DNA of 62,018 bases, taken from Conexivisphaerales archaeon. GTDB taxonomy: Archaea; Thermoproteota; Nitrososphaeria; Conexivisphaerales; DTJL01. Each line of letters begins with the position of its first letter. Position 1 is the stretch's first letter. The position numbers and the translations under genes were made by a program. This document shows, in pieces, positions 55,102 through 62,018 of this stretch. The notes under the pieces are model-generated. The model saw nothing but the letters and a program-made list of their open reading frames with translations. It did no database searches and was not told the DNA's origin. Location: NCBI GenBank assembly GCA_049509455.1, contig JBEKZX010000005.1, positions 1 through 62,018 of the forward strand, read 5' to 3'.

Positions 55102-57279
55102 ATGCCAACAAAGAGAGTACGCCTGAAGGTCCAAGAGGCGCTTCCCAGGGACATCGGGAAGGCCCGGGCCCGGCTCTCCATGGCGGCCATGATGAAGATG
55201 GGGGTCAAACCAGGCGACTTCTTGGAGCTGAGGGGCAAGCTGGTCGCTGCCGCCACCGCGTGGCCCAGCGACACCGATGAATCCGAAGTCAATTACGTCC
55301 GGATCGACGGCACTATCCGCCGCAACCTCGGCGTGACACTGAACGACTTTGTGGACATAGACAAGGCCAAGGTAAAACCGGCCACCGGCGTGGTCCTAGC
55401 CCCCCTGAGCAAGTCGGTTCAGTTGGACGAGGACTTCGAATCCTTCGTCAAGAACAGGATCAGGGGGATGCCACTCGTCGAGGGAAGCTCCCTCTCCATA
55501 GTCGTGCTGGGCAACCCTGTTAGCTTCAAGGTCCTCAAGGTCTCCCCAAGAGGCATCGTCGTGGCCGAAGAGACCACCCGCCTCAGGGTGGAGGCCAAAC
55601 TCACCGAGTCGCTCATGGCCGAGCAGAGGGTGACATACGAAGACATCGGAGGCCTTCGCGAGCAGCTCCGTAGGCTGCGCGAAATCGTGGAGCTTCCTCT
55701 GCGGTTTCCCGAGCTCTTCGCTAGGCTCGGCATCGAACCCCCTCGCGGAGTGCTTCTCTACGGTCCACCCGGTTGTGGCAAAACCATGATAGCCAAGGCC
55801 CTGGCCAACGAATCCCAGGCCAAGTTCTACACAATCAACGGGCCGGAGATAATGAGCAAATACTATGGCGAGACAGAGGCCAAACTTCGCGAGATTTTCA
55901 AGGACGCGAAGGAGAATGCGCCCAGTGTGGTGTTCATCGACGAGATAGACGCCATCGCACCGAAGAGGGAGGACGTCTTCGGGGAGGTGGAGAAGAGAAT
56001 GGTGGCCCAACTCCTCTCCCTTATGGACGGCCTCAGCGAAAGAGGGAACGTCGTGGTCATCGGGGCCACGAACAGGATCGACGATGTCGACCTTGCCCTC
56101 AGGAGGCCTGGCCGTTTCGACAGGGAGGTGGAGATAGGCGTGCCCAACACTGAGGGCAGGTTAGAGGTACTGCAGATTCACACTAGGGGGATGCCCTTGG
56201 CAGGGGACGTTGACCTGAACCGGCTCTCCTCCATAACGAACGGCTATACGGGCGCCGACCTCAAAGCCCTCTGCCGCGAAGCTGCCCTAGGGGCCCTGCG
56301 CGCCGTGATCCCTCAGTCCGACATCAACGTCCAGACGGTGCCGGCGTCGACGTTGGAGAAGATCGCCGTCGACATGGACGATTTCCTTGCAGCATACAAG
56401 GGAATCGTGCCTACAGCCCTGCGGGAGTTCTACGTCGAAGTCCCCCAGACCTACTGGAGCGACGTCGGGGGTCTAGAGAAGATTAAGGAGGCGCTGAGCG
56501 AGAACATAATCCAAGCGGTCAAGCATCCGGAGGAGTTCAAGAAGAAGGGAATCGAACCCCCTCGCGGTGTGCTTCTCTACGGTCCGCCCGGCTGCGGCAA
56601 GACCCTGCTCGCGAAGGCCCTCGCCGCGGAGTCGCAGACGAACCTCATCGTCATCAGGGGACCAGAAATCCTTAGCAAGTGGCTGGGTGAGTCCGAGAAG
56701 GCGATAAGGGACATATTTCGGAAGGCAAGGTCGTCCAGCCCCTGCATCATCCTGTTCGACGAAATCGATTCAGTGGGGAAAGTGCGCTATGCCTCCGACG
56801 AAGCATGGAGCGGCGAGACCATCCTCAGCCAGCTCCTTACCCAGATCGACTCCCTCTACTCAGGCGAAGGGGTCTTCATCATAGGCTCCACCAACCGGCC
56901 CGACCTGCTGGACCCGTCCCTCCTGCGGCCGGGGAGGCTGGGACTGCTCTTCTACGTGGGCCCTCCCGACGAGGGAGGCCGCTTGTCGATACTCAAGATC
57001 TTGGTCTCTAGGATGCCCCTGGCGCCTGACGTCGACCTCGCGTCGGTGTCGAGGTCCGCCGTGAACTTCACCGGCGCCGACCTTGAATCCCTCTGCCGCG
57101 AGGCAGGCCTCTCCGCCATCCGCAGGAAGTCGGAGGCGGTATCCCGCGCTGACTTCGCGGAGGGGCTGGAGCATATTAAGCCCGGGTTCAGCAAGGAGAT
57201 GGAGGACTGGTACGCCGAGCTGGACAAGAAGCTGCGGAGCCAGGTCATCAAGACGCAGAAGCAGAACCAGTACGGATGA
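55102..57279 (+). CDS. cdc48: CDC48/VCP-type AAA+ ATPase (N domain + D1 + D2)
   Basis: The N-terminal double-psi barrel ([19 protein letters not shown]) is followed by two Walker A sites (both GPPGCGKT). The Walker B sites are VVFIDEID and IILFDEID, and second-region-of-homology arginines are present. Confidence 0.95.
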   Translation: MPTKRVRLKVQEALPRDIGKARARLSMAAMMKMGVKPGDFLELRGKLVAAATAWPSDTDESEVNYVRIDGTIRRNLGVTLNDFVDIDKAKVKPATGVVLAPLSKSVQLDEDFESFVKNRIRGMPLVEGSSLSIVVLGNPVSFKVLKVSPRGIVVAEETTRLRVEAKLTESLMAEQRVTYEDIGGLREQLRRLREIVELPLRFPELFARLGIEPPRGVLLYGPPGCGKTMIAKALANESQAKFYTINGPEIMSKYYGETEAKLREIFKDAKENAPSVVFIDEIDAIAPKREDVFGEVEKRMVAQLLSLMDGLSERGNVVVIGATNRIDDVDLALRRPGRFDREVEIGVPNTEGRLEVLQIHTRGMPLAGDVDLNRLSSITNGYTGADLKALCREAALGALRAVIPQSDINVQTVPASTLEKIAVDMDDFLAAYKGIVPTALREFYVEVPQTYWSDVGGLEKIKEALSENIIQAVKHPEEFKKKGIEPPRGVLLYGPPGCGKTLLAKALAAESQTNLIVIRGPEILSKWLGESEKAIRDIFRKARSSSPCIILFDEIDSVGKVRYASDEAWSGETILSQLLTQIDSLYSGEGVFIIGSTNRPDLLDPSLLRPGRLGLLFYVGPPDEGGRLSILKILVSRMPLAPDVDLASVSRSAVNFTGADLESLCREAGLSAIRRKSEAVSRADFAEGLEHIKPGFSKEMEDWYAELDKKLRSQVIKTQKQNQYG

Positions 57280-57289
57280 AACCCCCCCA

Positions 57290-58343
57290 TACGTTGTAGC
57301 CTAACTCCATTGCGGGTAGGGCGTCCGCTGGTTTCCCTTGGTTCTATGACCTTATCGACATGAACCTGTTGTACAGCATGACCTTCAGGGAGGCCTCGAC
57401 CTTCTGAGAGAGGAACCTCTTCGCTCGGAGCGTCTCCCCCAGGACCCCCTTGAAGGCGGAGAAGACCACCTCCACCATCCACCTCCTGCCGTACCCCTTC
57501 AGCTCCTTCCAGCGGTCGTATCCCAGCCTCTGCACCAGGAGGACCTCCTCCTTCCTCAGGGGGGATCCGTGGGGCTTCGCGCTCGAGCTCCTCTTCACCT
57601 TGATGGCTGGCTCTATGGAGAGCTCGTCCAGGAGGTTGAAGTTGTATCTCGCGTCGTACGCACCGTCGGCGTACGCCTTCTTGACCCTGGCCTTCTTGGC
57701 CACCTCCCTGACCATGGGGGAGAACTTCTTCGAATCGCTCGTCTTCCCGGACGTGACCCTGAACCCCACTATCTTGCCGGTCTTCGGGTCGGCCAAGACG
57801 TGCAGCTTGACGAACTTCCTCTTCTCCTTCCTCCACATGGCCTCTATGTACGAGCCCTTCCTCGTGGTGGACAGCCCCGTCGAGTCCGCCACCACCGTGA
57901 GGGGCTCCTCTCCATCCTCGACCTTCACCATATCGGCAGGCTTCCTCCTCTTCACCATCCTGATGATCCTCCTCCTGGCGTGGGTGAAGTGCATCTCCTC
58001 CAGGGGCTTTATGTGTTCCGAGAGGGCCCTCGTGACACCCTGCACCTCGCGATCGATAGGTCATGTCGAAGCCCACCTTGAGGAAGGCCAGGAAGGAGAC
58101 GTAGGACTCCGGGAACCTATATGGCCTCCCCTCCTTCCCCTCGTTCATGGAGTCCACTTCTTCGTTCCACGTCGTTATGAAGCCGAAGTCCATCAGGGAG
58201 CTCCCCCTCTCTATGAGAGCTTCGTTGTAGTCGTGCCAGTCCATCCCCAGGGGCATAGCGGGAGGCGAAGCCCTCCACCGCCTATCAGGGGGGTTAAACA
58301 ACTCCCCCTGACACTTTGGCAAAGACGGTTAGGCTACAACGTA
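57290..58343 (-). mobile_element. IS5-family (IS903-like) insertion sequence, 1054 bp
   Basis: The terminal inverted repeats are a perfect 16 bp: TACGTTGTAGCCTAAC (57290-57305) and GTTAGGCTACAACGTA (58328-58343). The flanks are direct repeats, A-C7-A (57281-57289) and A-C8-A (58344-58353). Confidence 0.85.
57344..58256 (-). pseudogene. IS5/IS4-superfamily DDE transposase split by a frameshift
   Basis: The N-terminal part (MPLGMDWHDYNEALIERG...GRPYRFPESYVSFLAFLKVGFDMTYRS) is in one frame. The remainder (VQGVTRALSEH...ADSTG...ADGAYD...RWMVEVVFSAFK) is in another. The junction lies near 58045-58062, and I saw no slippery heptamer. Confidence 0.75.
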
Positions 58344-58416
58344 ACCCCCCCCAGCAACTTTAATAAGCCTGCGCCAGGTGCTCATAAAACGACGTTCTGT
58401 AAGGTGTGCTTTCATT

Positions 58417-58656
58417 ATGGTAGATAGCGCCGCAACAGCAATCGATGAGAAGATACGGTCCATGAAGGTGACGACCGACGTGGACCTCCTTAATGAGCTG
58501 AGGAAGACGAAGGAAATGGACATGGATGAGCTCAACGACGTGCTACTCAGGTTGGAGATCCGGGGGCTCATCACCGTGAGTTGGATGGACAAGGAAAGGC
58601 GCCGGATTGAATACCGCGAGCCGAGGGCGGAGCCTGCTCGTCAGGAAAGCACATAA
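58417..58656 (+). CDS. small hypothetical protein, possible winged-helix
   Basis: MVDSAATAIDEKIRSMKVTTDVDLLNELRKTKEMDMDELNDVLLRLEIRGLITVSW. Start taken at the internal ATG. Confidence 0.4.
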   Translation: MVDSAATAIDEKIRSMKVTTDVDLLNELRKTKEMDMDELNDVLLRLEIRGLITVSWMDKERRRIEYREPRAEPARQEST

Positions 58657-58676
58657 GAGACTTCCCGGCCTCTCAG

Positions 58677-59720
58677 ATGGGCTGTGGCAGCTTGGGAGTA
58701 GACTTGGGTCCCCTCGTCAAGAGCAGATTCCCCATCAAGCTGGAAGACCTCTACCGGCGTGTGGTGGCCATCGACGCCTACAACGCCCTCTACCAGTTCC
58801 TAGCAGTGATCAGGGGCGAGACCGGCGACCCCCTGATGGACAGGGAGCAAAGGGTCACTTCTCACCTTAGTGGCCTCTTCTATCGCACCTGCAACCTCCT
58901 GGAGAAGGGCGTCCAGCCCCTCTACGTTTTCGACGGCAAGCCTCCACGGCTCAAGCATGAGGAGATCCTCAGAAGGGGGGAGGCGAAGAGGAAGGCCTAC
59001 GAGCTCTATCAGGAGGCTCAAGTGAGGGGGGACGCCGAGGGGATGCGCAAGTACGGCTCGATGTCGGTCAGGCTCGATGAATCGATGGTCGCCGAATCGA
59101 AGGAGCTCCTGAAGCTGATGGGCCTCCCTTTGGTTCAAGCTCCCTCGGAGGGGGAATGTGAGGCTGCCTACCTTGCCGCCACTAGTGTAGCTTGGGCTTC
59201 CGTCTCCCAGGACTACGACTCCCTTCTCTTCGGCTCGCCCCACCTCATCCGCAACTTGACCATATCGGGGAGGAGGAAGCTCCCAGGGAAGGACATCTAC
59301 GTGGAGGTCAACCCGGAGATGGTCAAGTTGGAGGACGTCTTCAGGGAGCTGTCCATTGACCGCGCGCAATTGGTCGACCTCGGCATCATGCTGGGAACTG
59401 ACTTCAACCCTGACGGGTTCAGGGGGGTCGGCACAGCGACGGCGCTGAAGTACATACATACCTATGGTTCTCTCGACAAGGTAGAACCCCTGAAGGCGGA
59501 ACTCGCCCAGTCCCAATACCAACAGATCCGCGACATCTTCCTGAAACCGTCGGTGGTGGACGTCCCGGAGCTGAAATGGGGGGTGATAGATTTCGAGGGC
59601 GTGAGGTCGATGCTCTGCGACGGGCATGACTTTTCACAGGACAGGGTCAAGGCCGCCGTGCAAAGGGTGAAAGAGAATTCGAAGGGGAAGAGCGAGACCC
59701 TGGAAAGGTGGTTCATCTAG
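58677..59720 (+). CDS. fen: flap endonuclease 1
   Basis: VAIDAYNALYQFL, YVFDGKPP.LK, EGE(C)EAAYL, SQDYDSLLFG and GTDFNP are present. Confidence 0.95.
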   Translation: MGCGSLGVDLGPLVKSRFPIKLEDLYRRVVAIDAYNALYQFLAVIRGETGDPLMDREQRVTSHLSGLFYRTCNLLEKGVQPLYVFDGKPPRLKHEEILRRGEAKRKAYELYQEAQVRGDAEGMRKYGSMSVRLDESMVAESKELLKLMGLPLVQAPSEGECEAAYLAATSVAWASVSQDYDSLLFGSPHLIRNLTISGRRKLPGKDIYVEVNPEMVKLEDVFRELSIDRAQLVDLGIMLGTDFNPDGFRGVGTATALKYIHTYGSLDKVEPLKAELAQSQYQQIRDIFLKPSVVDVPELKWGVIDFEGVRSMLCDGHDFSQDRVKAAVQRVKENSKGKSETLERWFI

Positions 59721-59723
59721 CAG

Positions 59724-60395
59724 TTGAAACTGGGACTGGAGAGGCTGAGGCTAGCCGAAGCCCTTGCTGCCGAGGGCATAATGAAGACAGAAGCAGTGCG
59801 GCGGGCCTTTCTGACCGTTGAAAGGGAGGCCTTCGTTTGGCCCGGGTCCGAAGAGGAGGCCTACCTCGACATGCCGCTGGGCTTGGGAGTAACGGGCCAG
59901 ACTATCTCTGCTCCGCACATGGTGGTCATTATGCTAGAAGCTCTCGACCCTAAGCCCGGCGACGTCATCCTGGAGGTCGGCACCGGGAGCGGGTATAACG
60001 CGGCGCTCCTCGCTGAGATGGTGGCGCCTGCGGGTGGTAAGCGAGGCAGGGTCGTTTCGCTGGAGCGGGTCCCCGAGCTCGTTGACTTCGCTCGGAAGAA
60101 CCTAGCCAGGGCTGGCTATGCCGACAGGGTGGAAGTCCTCCACCATGACGGGACTCTCGGAGACCCTTCGAGACCCCGAGGCTTCTACGACGGCATAACG
60201 GTCACAGCGGCGGCCCCCCGCATCCCCGTAGCCCTCAAGGAGCAGCTCAAGGTGGGCGGCGTCCTGCTCATCCCTCTCGGACCCCTAGGATATCAGAATC
60301 TAATCAGATTAGTTCGGGTCTCCGCCGACCGCTTTGTGGAAGAGGACCTCGGAGGATGCATCTTCGTGCCGCTAGTTGGAAAGGACAGCTATTGA
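59724..60395 (+). CDS. pcm: protein-L-isoaspartate O-methyltransferase
   Basis: TISAPHMVVIMLEAL and the SAM motif VLEVGTGSGYNAALLAEM are present. Confidence 0.9.
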   Translation: MKLGLERLRLAEALAAEGIMKTEAVRRAFLTVEREAFVWPGSEEEAYLDMPLGLGVTGQTISAPHMVVIMLEALDPKPGDVILEVGTGSGYNAALLAEMVAPAGGKRGRVVSLERVPELVDFARKNLARAGYADRVEVLHHDGTLGDPSRPRGFYDGITVTAAAPRIPVALKEQLKVGGVLLIPLGPLGYQNLIRLVRVSADRFVEEDLGGCIFVPLVGKDSY

Positions 60396-60407
60396 GGGTG
60401 TCTAGGA

Positions 60408-60833
60408 TTGGAACCGATTTTCACAGTGCATTTCAGCGGACACCCCAACATACTGGCCACCAATAGGATGACCCTCGAAGTCACGAAGGAGGACTTCCTC
60501 ACCTTGAGGGGAGACTGCATCATGGGCATCATGGCCGACGCGTCAAGCGCAGAACTCTCGGGCCAAGCGAAGGCGTTCATCTGCAGGGACGGCTCCAGAC
60601 TCAGGTTCGATATCAAGGTCGAGCGTGAACGCTTCAGTTTCTTCGCTTCCGGATCCAGGTCGCTGACCCTCACACATCCCATGAGCATGGTCATCAGGCG
60701 GAGCACCTACAGCTGCCCACGCACCCTCGCCGTGAAATCGACGGCGGCGGCCTGCGACCTCCCCAGGCCGCTGGTGGCTCGGCTAGCTTCCGGGGCCCAG
60801 GGAGAGCTGGCCGCATATGAAGCCTCACCGTGA
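60408..60833 (+). CDS. DUF371-domain archaeal protein
   Basis: F.GHPNILATNRMTLEVTKEDFLTLRGDCIMGI matches the DUF371 core pattern as I remember it. Confidence 0.6.
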   Translation: MEPIFTVHFSGHPNILATNRMTLEVTKEDFLTLRGDCIMGIMADASSAELSGQAKAFICRDGSRLRFDIKVERERFSFFASGSRSLTLTHPMSMVIRRSTYSCPRTLAVKSTAAACDLPRPLVARLASGAQGELAAYEASP

Positions 60834-60944
60834 GTTCTGAAGAGCACGGCCTTCCAGGCCCATGTTAAGGTCTCATAGAGACCTGCGCTCTAGGCGGAAG
60901 GAAAGGTTTTAATTCCGCAGTGACCGATTTCATAATGATATTGC

Positions 60945-61358
60945 ATGGACGAAGTGGACAAGAAACTCCTCGAGCTCCTTAAGCACGACGCCCGTCTTTC
61001 CTTCGTCGATCTCGGTTCCAACGTTGGCCTCTCCGAAGCGGCGGTCAGAAGGCGTGTAAAAAGGCTCCAGGAGATCAATGTGATCAAGCGCTTCACGATC
61101 GATATCGAGGTGGGGCAGGCTGCGAGCGCCCTGACGCTGGTGGCGGTGGCACCCTCCACACCGACGAGCGATGTCTCCGCCAGGATCAAGGCCCTGCCGG
61201 CTGTCCAGCGAGTATACGAAATCACCGGCCAGTATGACATTGCCGTCCTAATCACCGGGACCAACATAGCCGAGGTTAACGCGAGCATCGATCAGATTCG
61301 CCGCGCCGAAGGAGTGGCCACAACCAACACCATCATCATCCTTCGTGAAATCAGTTAG
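60945..61358 (+). CDS. Lrp/AsnC-family transcriptional regulator
   Basis: MDEVDKKLLELLKHDARLSFVDLGSNVGLSEAAVRRRVKRLQEINVI followed by a RAM domain. Confidence 0.85.
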   Translation: MDEVDKKLLELLKHDARLSFVDLGSNVGLSEAAVRRRVKRLQEINVIKRFTIDIEVGQAASALTLVAVAPSTPTSDVSARIKALPAVQRVYEITGQYDIAVLITGTNIAEVNASIDQIRRAEGVATTNTIIILREIS

Positions 61359-61421
61359 GCACGGCCATCTTGTGACTAGGCGTATTACCTTGAAATGTAA
61401 GATATGTGCTAGCGACGGCCA

Positions 61422-61691
61422 TTGAGGGTGCGAGTCAAGGTCTACGGAATGGTCCAGGGCGTAGGCTTCCGATACTACGTCGCGGAGGTGGCCCGATCTT
61501 CTCAGCTGAAAGGTTGGGTCCGCAACTTGGACGACGGCTCCATCGAAATCCTCCTCGACGGCGCTGAGGCGGACGTCAACTACGCCTTTGAAATGTGCAA
61601 GAAGGGCCCACCGGCAGCGTCCGTAAGGCGAGTCCAGGTGACGTTGGAGGACGACTCAGTGCCGCTATCTGGGTTCAGGATCGCCTTCTAA
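61422..61691 (+). CDS. acyP: acylphosphatase
   Basis: V.V.GMVQGVGFRYYV......L.GWVRNL.DGSVEI signature, 89 aa. Confidence 0.9.
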   Translation: MRVRVKVYGMVQGVGFRYYVAEVARSSQLKGWVRNLDDGSIEILLDGAEADVNYAFEMCKKGPPAASVRRVQVTLEDDSVPLSGFRIAF

Positions 61692-61812
61692 ATTCAGCGG
61701 AAGTCGTCGTGACGTATCCCCATGTGCTAGGGAGCGCCTTCGGAGAGATCTTGGGTCAGTTCGTCGCGAGGTCTTCAAAGCCTTTTGGGCTCAGCCTGGG
61801 ACGGCGATAACT

Positions 61813-62018
61813 TCATCCCGATTTTGAGCTGAACAGCCCGTCATCTTTAAGTTTTGTTCTCAGGGCTTTCAGCGTCCCCGAACAATGAAGCGGGCGGAGC
61901 CAGCCGCCGCCATTCTTCGTGAAACTCACGGCCACTACCACCTTCTCTGCGGAGCTGCCTTCGCGCATCAGGGCCCGCAGGACGAATCCCCATTCACGGG
62001 TCTCCACTACCTTCAGGG
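61813..62018 (-). CDS. C-terminal end of an unidentified protein (frame open to window edge)
   Basis: The reading frame runs off the 3' edge of the window. No motif recognised. Confidence 0.2.
   Translation of the reverse strand, partial: LKVVETREWGFVLRALMREGSSAEKVVVAVSFTKNGGGWLRPLHCSGTLKALRTKLKDDGLFSSKSG

Noticed and set aside
56952-58322. A 456-aa minus-strand ORF spanning the 3' end of cdc48 and the IS element.
   Set aside because: Only its first 90 or so codons (58050-58322) look real, as the transposase N-terminus. The remainder is out-of-frame read-through of the transposase and antisense of cdc48.
1-62018. CRISPR arrays, rRNA genes, SRP RNA and RNase P RNA.
   Set aside because: No regularly spaced 25-40-bp direct repeats are present. 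I found no rRNA-like stretches, and I did not find the conserved SRP (GGAAGG-type helix 8) or RNase P (GAGGAAAGUCC) motifs outside coding sequence. This was a scan by eye only, so small RNAs such as C/D-box sRNAs could be missed.

Overview
GC-rich archaeal chromosomal segment. Archaeal markers are aEF-1beta with its Zn-ribbon partner, FEN-1, CDC48, pyruvoyl arginine decarboxylase, geranylgeranyl reductase, DUF371/DUF1512, and a tRNA with a bulge-helix-bulge-type intron. The gene set looks Thermoplasmatota- or Euryarchaeota-like, but I cannot place it more precisely. Most of the window is ordinary housekeeping, stress and metabolism: an MgtA-type P-type ATPase, MsrA, two HtrA proteases, a BlaI/BlaR1-like pair, DeoC, a PAS histidine kinase, Pcp, a CysK-like enzyme, M24 peptidase, ROK kinase, split methylmalonyl-CoA mutase with MeaB, PdaD, a phosphohexomutase, Pcm, acylphosphatase, and Lrp/HxlR regulators. 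I saw no rRNA, CRISPR array or recognisable defence island. The parts worth a second look are listed here. (1) A three-gene, overlap-coupled module: a shortened cysteinyl-tRNA-synthetase paralogue with two of four zinc-ligand positions substituted, a GNAT acetyltransferase and an HExxH protein. This resembles MshC/MshD-type ligase-acetyltransferase logic. (2) An IS110-family element whose only sizeable non-coding arm lies 3' of the recombinase and is visibly structured, making it a bridge/seek-RNA candidate. (3) An 11-bp-phased GAACGTGG repeat array next to a decayed DpnI-like endonuclease relic that abuts an intron-containing tRNA-Phe. (4) An EF-Tu/SelB-like protein in which every GTP-binding motif is degenerate. 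(5) An IS903-like IS5-family element with perfect 16-bp inverted repeats and a poly-C target duplication. (6) An unusual density of frameshifted or nonsense-interrupted genes, which could be true decay or indel errors in the assembly. All calls come from reading the translations and the DNA by eye. No database search was run.
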